This document shows positions 25,671 to 37,863 of a DNA stretch of 64,000 nucleotides, piece after piece. Below the pieces are notes generated by a model. That model saw only the letters and a program-made list of their open reading frames with translations, had not been told where the DNA came from and made no database searches. Source of the DNA: Camelus ferus (Eukaryota); NCBI RefSeq assembly GCF_009834535.1, contig NC_045696.1:47556001-47620000 (forward strand), read 5' to 3'. Numbering within the stretch: the stretch's first letter is position 1; every line of letters starts with the position of its first letter. The position numbers and the translations under genes were made by a program.

Positions 25671-25849
25671 TTCTTCCTCCATACCCTCACAAATGCAGAT
25701 TAATCTAAAAGTCAAAAGTTTCATTTTAATGACTCCGGTAAATTTTGTTCTCTTCATAGCCCATTGGTAGTCCTGAATTATTGACTTCCTTATTTTACAT
25801 GGCGTTAATAATTGCCTCATTGTACTGGCACCTCCTGAAATTAATTGGA

Positions 25850-26522
25850 CAATCCACAAAAAGGGAGACAGCCAGTAATTACATGCTTACGAAGTATTCT
25901 TGCCAAACAAATGAATCTGATCTATTTAAGCTTCTTCAGCTGAATACCAGTTTACTGATAATATGAAGAATAGAAAGCAAGTTAGATGACACAAGAAAGC
26001 AACCAACTAAATCTAGAACGCAGGATATCCTACGGGACCAATGACTCACTTTTCTTAGTAAATCAATAACATAAATGGAGTGGGGAAGTGGGTAAGAAAC
26101 TATTACAGAAAAAACAGACTTAACGTCATAACCCCAATTTCCATGTATGGATCCTGCTTGGATCCGAATTCAGATTAAGGAACAATAAAAAAAAGTATGC
26201 TTGAGAGCAGGGACATTTGCCCATAGACCAGGTATTAGACGACATTAGGGGTTACTGTCACCTTGTCCTGTCTGATAATGGCATAGAACTTACCTTTTAA
26301 AAAGTGTCCTTACTGGTATTAGATGAATAATAAAGTATTTGCAGAGGAAATAGTACATTTGATTGTTTTTTTTCTTTTTAAAAAATCCTGGGAAAATGTA
26401 GGAGGACAGATAAAACAAAGTGACAAAACTTCAGTAACTGTTGAAGATGGATGATGGTCTATAAGAGTTCATTAGATATGCCACTCTGAATATGTGTGAA
26501 ATTTTCATAGTAAAAAATTTTA
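25850..26522 (+). mobile_element. Ancient L1 3'UTR (L1MC/MD/ME class)
   Basis: tatggatcctgcttggatcc...gtattagacgacatt...gttcattaga...gtgtgaaattttcatagtaaaaa. Confidence 0.6.
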
Positions 26523-27269
26523 ATCGCTTCATTTTAAACCTCCTTTGTGTTTTCTTTGTGCTTAGCCTTGTCAGTCTTTTCAAATGTACCAGCAGATTAA
26601 GTATCAATTAATGAATTAATACTGTTTTTGAAATCCTTAAACATCCAACCCATCAGTGTCATTTTTCAGGGTTTCCTCCGCAAGTCCCCTTCTTCCTTTT
26701 CAGTGGGGACTAGCTGCACATTGGGCTTTCTGCACAGCTGCTGGTGTGCACTTCCCTTCTCCGTGACCCTGGACTGCCCAGGCCTCTTTTCCTGTGTCAG
26801 ATTCACTCTCTCCCTCTTTGTTGATAGATTCCCTCATTTTGCTGGAGCACCTGCTCCAGTAGCTTCCTAAGAAAAATTAAGCATGACGTACATTTTTCAG
26901 TCCTTGAATGTCTCCTCCCACATTGATTTGGCTTGACACTTTTCCCCTCAGAATTTTGGAGGCTTTTCACCATCGATTTCTAGCCTCCGGTGAAGGTGTT
27001 ATGAAGCTCAATGCTGTTTTGATTTCCATTCTTTCCCCTTTTCTGAAGATTACAGAACTCAGCGTATGCTGTCGGTTGATCTCTTTCTACTTGTTACTGT
27101 ACTAGACGTGCCTGGCACAATAACAAATACTTGTTATTGTGAAATGTGTGTCTGATAGGTTGGGGAAATTTTTCTGGTTTGTTTTGTTATCTTACATTTT
27201 CTCTGAGCTCTGTTCCTATGACTCTTACTCTTAGGATATTAGAACTATTAATCCCAATGTAGGATTTTA

Positions 27270-27580
27270 TTTGGAAAAATGCTGTGTAAAACAAAACAAG
27301 TCAGGGAAGGTTGAAGGAGCTGCCAGACCAGGATGCTAAGCTGACCCAGGTGAGCAGAGCGAGAGAAGGGAGTCCTTGAGCCAAAGCCAGCTGACAGAGG
27401 AGTCCCCTGTGTCAATAAGGGTTGACCTTATTTCTGCTGCACTCGATCACCAGCTGTAATCTAAACGTAGGCACAGACTCAGCTGAAGTGCAGTGATGGC
27501 TTTCAAAGCGATGCACCTGGGGCCCTGGTCAATGACCTTCCCTAGAGCCTGAGGCGCCAACATCATGGCCACTACTGTCA
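27270..27580. mobile_element. MLT1-class (MaLR) LTR remnant
   Basis: gggagtccttgagccaaagccagctgacagaggagtcccc is a typical old MLT1 motif. Confidence 0.55.
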
Positions 27581-28933
27581 AGCAGGTGCTATTATCATTG
27601 TAGGTTGACTGGGTCAGTCTATGTGCTATGCCTGGAACACTCAGAAAGCATTAGGGATTATTACTGAGTGCCAAGGAGAAACCTGCAAGGGTGTGTGATT
27701 GGCCAAAGAAACTTATAAATTTTATGCTCTGAATTTCAGGATCTATTTGCTTTTACTTTAAGCACTATTCTAATAAGCTTGGTTAACTTGAGTACAAGCC
27801 AAAGCCAGTTAAGAATGGCAGAGTAAAAAGAGACTGGAAACTTATTAGTGTTGTAACAATCAGAAAGCTGGGAAAGGCGTGTTTGACAGCAGGGACAGAG
27901 ACAGAAAAACAACAAAAACCAAAATATAACAAAAGCTCGTATTTGCAGAATGTTTAACATTTGGAAACATAGCCCCAGCAACTTCAATCGACATAGGCGC
28001 TTCTTGGGTTTTCAGAAATGTAACAACCAGTGTTCACAATAACGACTCTGAGAGCAAGAAAATGTCTCACCAGCACTCTGAGGAAGCAGGAAAGTAAGAA
28101 ATGTGGTTTAGACAGATTTCCACACAGAATAAACTGCAGAGGAGCTCCACAGAAAGACTGAACCCTCCAGGATTCTGGACAGCTGGTAGTTTTATTGATG
28201 TAATTAAATATATGGCTTTTCTGTTTTCCTGTGCATAATTGCATAGCACTTCTTCCTGTCACTTGATAATGAGCAACCCTTACCCTTCTCATTTTATGAC
28301 CCGATTTTATGTTGAGATCCCCACACCTTTCATGGCATCATCTCCGCCTGGGTTCACTTGCTTCCTAAGCAAACATAAAATCTCTCTGATAAATCATGAA
28401 TAGCAGTAGAATTTCCAAGTCATTTAAAGTAAGCTCCTGCGGGGCTCGGCCATCCCATGACTGTCACCGAGGGGATTCTCTCTCCAGTGGCGCACACACC
28501 CTAGGCTGCCTGTCTGGATGCCGTCTGCCCTGCTTCCTCAACAGCCGCTTCACTTACACAGCACTTCCTGTTTCCACCCGGCCCTCCTCCCTGTGTTCCT
28601 GCTCTTGTATGTGAGCCCCTGACGTGCACGGTGCTCTCACAAATCCTGGTCAACAACAGAACTGCAGGCCTAGGATGTGACATCAACACCTTTGGAGAAT
28701 AAAGAGCTTGACAACAGCTGATTTTCCAACCTTCAGGGGTACCGTCGGAGCCTGAGAAGCCACCGTCTGGAGCCTCAGGCGTCCACTATGAAATCAGGTT
28801 GCTCACAGCAGGCACAGTGGGATGGAAGCAGCCACACAAGTGAAACACAGAGAAAGACACACGGAGAGAAAGAGAGCTGAGAGATACGTATAGGGGCAGA
28901 TACAGACAACATGCCAACGTGCACACAGGATCC

Positions 28934-29276
28934 TGCCTTAGCCCAGGCTGCTGTAACACAAATACCATAGACTGGGAGGTTTAAACAGAAATGTGTTTCT
29001 CACAGTCCTTCAGGCTGGGAAGTCCAAGGTCAAGGCACAAGCAGATTCAGTGTCTGGTGAGAGCCCACTTCCTGGTTCACAGATGATGGTCTTCTGTGTT
29101 CTCACACAAGGGGCAAGAGAGGTCTCTGGGGCCTCTTTATAAGGGCCCTGATCTCGTTCAGGAAGGCTCTGCCGTCCTGACCCAATCACCTTCCAAAGAC
29201 CCCCACCTCCAAATGTGTCACACTGGGGTTTGGATTTCAACATACGAATTTGAAGGGGGACATTCAGTCCACAGCA
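28934..29276. mobile_element. MLT1A-like MaLR solo LTR
   Basis: tgccttagcccaggctgctgtaacacaaataccatagactggg...ggggacattcagtccacagca; TG...CA ends; near-TSD gatcc/gatcg. Confidence 0.88.
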
Positions 29277-30565
29277 GATCGCGAACATACTTAAGAACAA
29301 AAGCAGGATCCGCCTCATTTCCCCACTGATTTGTAAGCTCCTTGGGGGCAGAGCTCTGTTTGCCTGCATCTACACTTAATAAAATCTGGGAGGAGGAATG
29401 AGGAGGAACATACTGTCACGCTAAGCAGGCAGTGTTTAACTCATGTTGATAACAATGAACAAAGTACAATATTGTCCTAAAAGAAATCCTTCCCTGACAT
29501 TCCTACAAGGATTAATATAGCTGTTAATTTGCACAGGTTTAATTCTCTCCAGTTCCTGGCTGTTACCTTCTTTTAAGTCATTTGTTTTGGTTTTGGTTTT
29601 GGTTTCGGCTTTAGAAAAGGGATCAAAAGGTTATGTTAGATTCCATACATCTTAATGGACAGCCAGTGGTTTTAAGGGCATTGAATTAATGATCCCTTCT
29701 TTCTCTTGTATTATCACGCACAGCCTTCTAAAGTCATCTGCTCTTCCGTGGGGAGTATTCCCCTTCCCATTTGTCCTGGATGGCAGCAGCACATTGTGCA
29801 ATATACAGATCTACAGGTAAAACAACTGGGATCCCCAAGTAAAGCAGGCAGAGAGAACCTGAGTCCAGTATTTTGGATTGTTACTTTTTGGTCTTAGTTT
29901 TTCTATTCCATATTTTTTCTCATTTTTGTATTTTTTCAAGACAAAATTAAATGTGCTGCAACGCCTCAGGAATGAGTAAATTCAAACAACAGTTGAGTAA
30001 CAAGCCTCAGAAATGAAAATTTATCTGAATTTAAAATTAAATTGTTTTGTTTTTCCACAAACTAAATTGGTCAGATATGAAAAAAAAAAAAAAAGATTAT
30101 GAAGCATTCTAACTTTTGATTTGAGTACGAACAATGTGTTGGCTAATTTGTATTGATTTTATCTGCCAATCTAGATGCAATCACACTTTTAAAAGCAGAT
30201 TCCTGTAATTTGCTTTTCTATAAAATGTCACCAATGCATTAAATACTTTGAAAACAGTCTCTGTAAATCAGTCTGCACTTATTAGATTTGTTTAAACGAT
30301 AGCATTAGAATTCCATGCCGAGAGTTAATTTGGTTTTAAAATAACTCCCTACATGCAGAACATTTCCAAGGGCGGAGAGGCTAGTTCCCAATTATTTTCA
30401 TGCCAGCAGTGCTAAATGTGTTTAATGACTCACTTACCTACCAGCTGTGGGTTCTCTGAACACCTCCCCATTCAGTGGAACACACACATTTTACCTCAGG
30501 CTATTTTATATTGAAAAATGGGGGAAATGCAGAACCATAGCCAAATGATAAGTTAAAGTTCTTAC

Positions 30566-30768
30566 CTTGTTTCTGTCAAAGGTATTATAGACTTGATCAA
30601 CTTGTTGACTGGCCTTTTGATTCAGATCTTGCAGACCCAAGAGTGTCTTAAATTCATGCAGTGTTTGCAGACCAGGTGGCTATTCCATCATAAATCCTCC
30701 ATACCACACATAGGTCTCTTATGCAGGAATTGCTGTCTGACCACTGCTAGAGATTCGCTATTCCCCAT
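30566..30768 (-). pseudogene. GUCA1C: GUCA1C exon 1 coding remnant
   Basis: ATG GGG AAT AGC GAA TCT (MGNSES) starts at 30768 and a GTAAG donor lies at 30565-30561. Length is 203 nt, not a multiple of 3, implying a 1-nt deletion near codon 8. In the GCAP3 frame there is TAA at 30721-30719 and TAG at 30682-30680. Confidence 0.93.
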
Positions 30769-30819
30769 CATGATTCATGGTCTACAGCTTTTTCTCAGTC
30801 TGTTTTCACGTTAGGTCTC

Positions 30820-31080
30820 TCTGGACTTAATCCCTCACTCTTCTCTAAAACTTGAAGTCAAGAGATACCCTTAGAAAGCTACTCTAAACTTCATACAGCT
30901 CTAGGCTAAATGAGTGTAGAAAGCCAATGAGACTGACTCATCTGTATAATTTTGAGACCAAGGTCACTTACCAACTGATGAGATTGTGCTTACTGCCATT
31001 CAGAGATAGCTTTCTGTGAAGGGCAGAGAATATTTTAGAGAGAGTAATCCTTGTCATATTGTTAATCATCAATTAAGCCT
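30820..31080 (-). promoter_or_regulatory. Putative GUCA1C proximal promoter with CRX/OTX2-type sites
   Basis: TAATCC at 30828-30833 and 31045-31050, TAATCA at 31063-31068, TAAGCC at 31074-31079, CCAAGGTCA at 30958-30966 and TGACTCA at 30934-30940. All lie within about 310 nt upstream of the ATG. Confidence 0.55.
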
Positions 31081-31089
31081 ACATTATTG

Positions 31090-31290
31090 AGTGGTACGGT
31101 GGGGTCTAATGGAAGGAACTTGGATTTGCAATCAGGAAGCCTGGGTTCTAGGCTTTGCTCACCGCTTATTAACTATATGGTAGTTCTTATGTCTCAGTTT
31201 CCCCATCTGTCAAATAGTATCAAGAGAATTTGCCTTCTCACACCTGAATATTGTGAAGATAAACTTAGATGAAGAGCATGTTTTTAAGCC
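31090..31290 (+). mobile_element. MIR SINE
   Basis: ctgggttctaggc...tctcagtttccccatctgtcaaat. Confidence 0.7.
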
Positions 31291-32299
31291 ATGGAAAAAT
31301 TAGACATTCTGAGTACTGTTAAATTAAAAGGAAGTCTATGTATAAAAGAGGGAAATGAGTACCAGGTAGTTAGTAGTAAGAAGTTTTAGATGTAGTAGGC
31401 AGTAGAGTGTGGTCTGCAGATAAAGGGACATACCAGGCTGTGTCTTCCGGCATTGAGCTTGTCACTGCACCTCCCTTTTCTGTTGTCTTTTGTCTCTCAA
31501 GTCTGCATCTCCCTATGCCCTCTGCCTGCCACTTTTATCCCACTCCAGTTCCTGAGCTTATCTTGTCCCAGCCAAGCCCCAACTGCCAATGCACTTGAGA
31601 GCTGAGCCAATGGGCCTAAGAACTGTATCCATGCCCAATAATGGAAATGAACTGCCCCATGTGGTTCCCAAGCCATTTTGCTACCAACCATACTTAAGTA
31701 TAAGAGAATTACATCATTTCCATCTGCAGCATCTCATCCAAAGTATGGCTCTCCTAACCTTACTCCATCTTTTCTTCCCCCCCAGTTCCTGTGTTGACTC
31801 AGTTCAATAGTCTAGTCACTGCTTTGGTCCCCATTCCTTAGTCCTGATTACTTGTTTAAAACCCCAGGTCCCCCAAGAACTGGAGCCACTGGGGCCTAAA
31901 TGAACTGCCTTGACAGGAAGTGGGGAGGTTATAGTTAAAATTTTCTTTCAAACACACCTATGTAGACTTTCAATAGAAAATTTCGATTTCAAAATTAGAG
32001 TTAAATAACAGGTATTCAATAAGGTCAGAGAAATGTGGAACTTACTCATTTGGAAGTGTTACCTGAAACATTAGGATGGATGAGATTTCTTATGCAGAGT
32101 AGAAAGAAAGAAGATGAGATAATGAGGACTCAGCCCTGGGGATTATTCAGTTAGGAATATGAGGACTATTCTGTTAAAATCTTCAAAAGCCATTCTCTGG
32201 GGAAGTCCCCCCTCGGACTCTTCCTAAATGTCTGCCAGAAAAATGCTCAGAGGCATTGACTTCTTATCGCCATTGACTAATCACCAAGTTTTAGATTAA

Positions 32300-34240
32300 A
32301 GGAAGGATGGATACTGAAGGCAGAGTTAGGTAATGAAAGTTTTCAGGGGTCAAAAAAATCCCTTGTGGGGAGAAAATTTTGGATAGATCAAGAATGCAAG
32401 GACCTGAGATCCAGAAACTGTGTTTGGTTGTATAAATAATGCTCTAAAAATCTGCACAATGATTACTTGAACTAAAAGAGAATTCTTACATTGGGTACAA
32501 TATTTATATCCAAAAATCACAAGTCTTGCTAATAAAACATTAGCCAGTCATAAGATAATGGGAAAAAAGACTCACTTATAATAAGGCAACAAATAAATCT
32601 AAAATTATAATAAATGTAACTACAATGTGCTAGATGTATTTGAAGAAACATTTTGAATACTAATATAGGTCACTAATAAAGACCTGAACATATAGAAAGG
32701 CATATTTTGGTCTTGGATAGAAAGATTTGAGATATATTTTTTAAAAAGGCACTTTTCCCTATATTAACCTATAACATTACCAGAAACCCAACAAAATACA
32801 AATACAATTTGAGGGGTGGGTGGTAACTTAAAACCTAATTCTAAGTTTGAGTGAGAATTACACATGCAAGGATACAGAGGAAAGTGCTGAAAAATAAAAT
32901 TAACTAGCACTACCAGAAGAACATGGGTCTGACATGAGAAAAGATGAAACAATTAATGGAAAAAATAGAGTTTTTTTTTTTTTAAGAACTCAGCCCAAAT
33001 ATAAATGAGAATTTAACATGCAATAAGGTGGCACAGCAGATCAGTGGGGAAAAGACTGATTATTCTATTAATAATTCTGGGACAATATTAGGGTTATCTG
33101 GAAACACACACACAACTAGATTTCTAACTTATTCCCTATATCAAACTAAATTCTAGATGAGTCAAAGATTTAACAACATAATTATTAAAATTATTCTAAG
33201 AAAACAAAGTAAAATTTCTTTATAATGTTAGCACTGAAAAGTACTCTTTAATTATGACTAAGAACCCAGAAACCATAAGAACCCAGAAACCATAAACAAA
33301 AGGAAATTAAACCAAAAGTTTTTAAAAATCCCATATGGCTCACCATGAAAACAAAAGAAAATGAAAATTTATGAGAAAATATTTGTGAGACACATCATAT
33401 AAAAAAGATAATTTCTATAATATGAAAATAGTTCCTATAAGTCAGTAGGAACATTACCACCAAACTGAAAAATTTTTAAATTCAAATGAATTTTAAACAT
33501 GAAAAGATGCTCAGCCTTACTCATAAGAAATGTACATTAAAGCTACACGTATGTAACACCTTCCACCTATTTGATCAGCAACATAAGAAAGTTGGATAAT
33601 TCATGGGGTAGGAGAAGACATAAAGAAACAGGCATTTACACATTGCTGGGGAAGTGTATATTAATACAATTTTTATGAAGTCTATTAGGCAATATCTATG
33701 AATAATAAAATGTACATACCCTTTGACCCAGCCATTCAGCTTCTGAGATTTATTTAACAAGGATAATTGCACATTGTGAAATGAACATATTTACAAGAAT
33801 GTTAACTGTTGTGCACACGTGGATCCAAAACGATGAGAGAAATGTGACTGTACATCACAAGAGAACAGTTAAATACGTTTTGGTATCTCCATAGACTGAA
33901 ATAATAAAGAGCAGTTTAAAGATAACGGGGCAGCCCTATATGCACTGATCCTGATGTGAAATGATCTTGAAGGCATATTAAGTGGAAAAACAACAGCATC
34001 TTTTGGCTACTTTTATATCCATATGTATATCCATGTAATGATTTATATGAGTTTAGATACATTGACTGATTTTGGATAAATTCACCAGGAACTGGTCAAA
34101 GTATGCCTCTTGAGAAGAGTAATTAAGTAGCTAAAACCAAGAATGGGGTGAAGACTTAGCACCATATTCCATTTCACATGTTCTGAATTTTGTACTATGT
34201 GCGTGTACATAAAATTAAAATTACATAATTCTACAAAATT
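32300..34240 (+). mobile_element. Ancient degraded L1 (L1ME-like ORF2 3' part and 3'UTR)
   Basis: A-rich, with L1-like motifs ttggatagaaagatt, aataattctgggacaat, aaagatgctcagccttactcat and cctttgacccagccattc. Confidence 0.75.
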
Positions 34241-34246
34241 AAATGT

Positions 34247-34252
34247 TTTATT
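34247..34252 (-). terminator. Candidate MORC1 polyadenylation signal AATAAA; a second one lies at 34700-34695
   Basis: tttatt on the + strand about 650 nt past the MORC1 stop, at the end of AT-rich unique sequence and next to an old L1. Confidence 0.55.
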
Positions 34253-34896
34253 GCTTTTGTCCAAAGCTGCAGACATTTCCAAATAAAAGTTATCAAGGAA
34301 AATGAAAAACACAGTTCTCACATTATGCTGAGAAGATTTACTCTTTTACTATAACTCAATAATAAAATTATAAACCATATTTGAAAGTTTTGGGGGGATT
34401 TATATTATGTGGTTTACTGAGTATTGGCTGCAATAGAGAAAGAGTATAATGTCTTTCTTTTACAACTCAAGTTCCAAGAGGAGGTGATTCTTTGTATATA
34501 GTTTGTATATAGTTTTTAAAAATCACTGTTTTCCAGATTTATACAATCCTTTTAATGAAAACAAAATTTAGGCCTAAACGACATTTCCATCTTTCTTAGT
34601 AGCTCACGTGGGAATTAGAGAACTCTGGAAATGGTTTCTCAAAGAAAAGGAAGAGTCAGGGAACGGACTGGGAAATATAAAAACCAAATCAGTCTTTATT
34701 TCTAAATACAACTTTCTTAGTGTTAAACAAGATGAACTTTACAATAACAAGTACAGAGAAGTTTTTTTTTTAAAGAATCTTCCTTTTTTTTTCTTATTAG
34801 CATTTAAAAAAATGAGATGTCCTCTCTGACTTTTAAGTGTAAGAAGTACTTTCCTTTTTTTCTGAAGGAAGACTATGTCCTGAATCTGTAGTCCCT

Positions 34897-34989
34897 TTAT
34901 TTAAAAGCATTATGAAAAAGGAGATTATCTTCTTTAAGCAAAGCTTCTAAATAACTGTCAATCTGCTCCAGGTCTCCTGCTGGACCACC
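34897..34989 (-). CDS. MORC1: MORC1 last coding exon, GGPAGDLEQIDSYLEALLKEDNLLFHNAFK*
   Basis: ctcttttccag acceptor; matches human GGPEGDLEQTDTYLEALLKEDNLLF (recalled); TAA at 34899-34897. Confidence 0.93.
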   Translation of the reverse strand, partial: GGPAGDLEQIDSYLEALLKEDNLLFHNAFK

Positions 34990-37668
34990 CTGGAAAAGAG
35001 AAGCAACAACCATAGCAGGCGAAGAAGCCACAGGGTTTATTCCTGTAATCTGGGTGGCCTTGGGCCAGTCTTCCCTATGATTCATGCAGCAACAAAACCC
35101 AGTTTGCATTTGAATAATACTTTTAACCTTTTGAAATGTTTTTGCATTTAATCTTGTTTTATGCTCACAAGTGGCTAGAAACCTGGATTTTTTTTTCTTT
35201 CTTCTTTAGTGGAGGCTAGTTCGACTGTTTTTTACCCCCTTCTATTTAATTACTTGTTATATTCCTAAAGCCCTCATCCTTCTCTGTTGTAGGCTCTCAT
35301 CTTCCAGCTTAAAAATTCATGAATCTTTAGCCTTAGAGGCAAAGCAGATGAATAGGCAAATTCCGACTTCTCTGTTTCTCTTTATTCCACAGCATCTTTC
35401 CTACAACTCGGGTGCGCTGCCCTGATCTGGGTGATCACATGCTCTCCTTTCCTGGGCTTCTTGATCCATGAACACCGGAGAACCTCTTTATTGACCTAAA
35501 TCTCAGGCCCACCATGGCATCAACTCACTCTCCAACTGAGCTGATGGCTAAGAGAAGTTTTAGGAAGGACCTTTCAGAAATAATCCCAATTTTATTACTG
35601 TTCCAAATAAGTGTCTGGCATGATCACAGTTTCTCCATCCCTTATCTGGTTCCATTAAATGTGTTTCTGCTTTGCTCCCTCTGCCCTAGATTTGCTCAGC
35701 TCTCTAACAAGGCTGAATTGTACTGAGCCTTAGCTTTGTGCCTAGGGCCCTGTTTCTGCAGATGGCTTCCATGGTATTGATATTCGCCAGGATTTCCAAA
35801 TATTCACTGACTCTGAGGAATGCCCTGTGTGACCCATTTTGACACTGACTGCTTTCAATCTGTTCAGTCTGGTCTAATCCTTTGGCTTCTGCTCTCTGCC
35901 TGGCAGACTAGACTTCTTTCTTTCTAGGACTCCAGGTGGGTTCTCTCCCCCAGATTCTTCATATGCCTGCCCCATCCATCTGCTCCAGGTCCACCTCATC
36001 TCACATCTCTGCTCCACTCCACCAAAGTTGCTCTGGCAATCAGAGACAGTGAAAATGGAAATTTCAAGTGGGGGACGAGAGTAAACATACTTAGGCAAGA
36101 GCCCTCTGAAGACCTCTCCAGTGATACTAGATAAAGCATTTCATATTCTGTGGGCTAAAGCCCTTGGCCTCTTTACTAAACTTTGTGAACAAAGCAAATT
36201 AAATTAGTATAATTATTCTGGTTACTGCAAGGGAACCCAGGGGTTTGACATAGAAGGAAGAGTAAACTATTATTCTTTCTGCTTTTTTCCTACCTGAACA
36301 GATTTGCTATTATGAGAACCAATAATTTTTATGAACCTTTCTGATAGAGAGAGGTATTCGATCACTATGATATAGAATTTCTTTGATCGCTCTAGTTCTT
36401 CTTATTAGTGAACAACAGTCATCAACATCACTGAAACTCTACCACGTGTGAAGTACCGTACCAGACCTTCCACGTGTAAGAACGTTTGCCACCTTTTACA
36501 GCCATAAAAACCCAAAAGAGGTCCACTCCTACAAACTGGCTTAGGTAGGACTGTTGATAGAAGCACAAATATAATTACCATTTTGTGAAAACAATTAGCT
36601 TTAATCACTCTTTTTTTATTTTAATATTGAAACATTTTGACTGTTGCCTGGACCACCCAAGAAGAGAGGGTATCTTCTCTTTTGGCTATATATTTAATCA
36701 AAAATACTCTCCGTGTTTTATTTTATATTTAATAAAAGTGAAATTTCAGAGAAACCAAAAGACGTATAGTTTTTGAAAGAGTGGACTCACACTGACTAAA
36801 ACCCAGGCGGTCTGCTTCCAAGTCTGTGCAACAATGACTACACCCACACACAGCAGGCTTCCTTGTTCTTCTCACCCCTCTCATGGGCAAGGCGGGCCTC
36901 CCGGCCTCCAGGCCTCCAGGGAGACTGCTCTGTGGGAGACAGCTCCTGCCCGCTCACCCTGCATGGCCCAGGAAGGCCCTGTCTCCTGTCCCAGACCCAG
37001 GGCCTGTGTCCCAACAAAATGCCACCTGCTTCCTGGGTTCACTGTTGATTTCGTACTTTATTTCTAGCGTCTACAGAATGACTGACTCTTCAACACTGGC
37101 TACAGATGCTTTAGTTTGCGACAGGTTTTACTCAGCTCTCCTACATGCTGTCGCAGGAGATGGGCCTCTCCTCGTTGGCTCAGTCTACCGTGGAAGCCCA
37201 AGCCTTTGTGCACCCAGACACACCGACAAACGAGCTGGACACTGATTTATACTTAGGTGACACTTCCCGGTCTCTCCAAACTCTCTTCTAAGATTAGAAA
37301 AGTCTATTTTTTATTTATATATTAGGGTACAAGTTAAAATATTTTGTTGTCTGAAAAAATTAGAAAAAATTTCCTACTGGAAATATGCTATTGAGGAGAC
37401 AGTGTGATCAAACTCTACCAACAGTACAAGCAAGGATTCTGACTTTTTAAACAGAAAAAATACTAGACCTTTTAAAAATATTCTAGTATATACTTTCAAA
37501 GTTCATTTACTTGTGATTCCAATATCCCTTTAGGGAGAGTAAGGGCTAGTTTAAGCGACTCGCCCGAGGTTAGTAGGTGGGTGACGACGTCAGAAGAGAA
37601 AGAGTGGGAAAGGCCCAGTGCTCTTCCCACAACTGTAGTCCTGCTACTCAAATGAAAGCTTTTCTTAC

Positions 37669-37863
37669 CAGCTGAAGTTTCTGCAGTAACACTGCCAGTT
37701 TCGCACGGAGATCATTCAGGTTGTCTTCAGCAGCTTTTCTTTTCTTTTCACATTGTCCCAGAGATACCTCATTAAGCACTCCTCTTCTGTTTGCATCGAA
37801 GATAATGGACTGCATTTTTCTCCTGAGATTTTTTTCATATTGGACCATGTAAACATTCTGGAT
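37669..37863 (-). CDS. MORC1: MORC1 penultimate exon, 195 nt, C-terminal coiled coil IQNVYMVQYEKNLRRKMQSII...LRAKLAVLLQKLQL
   Basis: ttcccag acceptor, gtaaga donor, 65 open codons; overlaps ORF 37648..37848. Confidence 0.94.

Larger units (their letters stand above)
5560..30768 (-). pseudogene. GUCA1C: GUCA1C (GCAP3) unitary pseudogene, exons 1-3; exon 4 not found in window, probably left of position 1
   Basis: Three exon remnants translate to GCAP3-like peptides (HEFKTLLGLQDLNQKASQQVDQVYNTFDRNK; GFADFSEFIAAVNL...YFKLY..DGNGSTDK; ALNGQQ..LSPEEFTKLVFH). They are in the right order, separated by introns and immediately downstream of MORC1. All three carry inactivating lesions. Confidence 0.93.

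Noticed and set aside
34990..35109. N-terminal part of ORF 34897..35109
   Set aside because: Intronic; MORC1 similarity starts at the acceptor at 34989.
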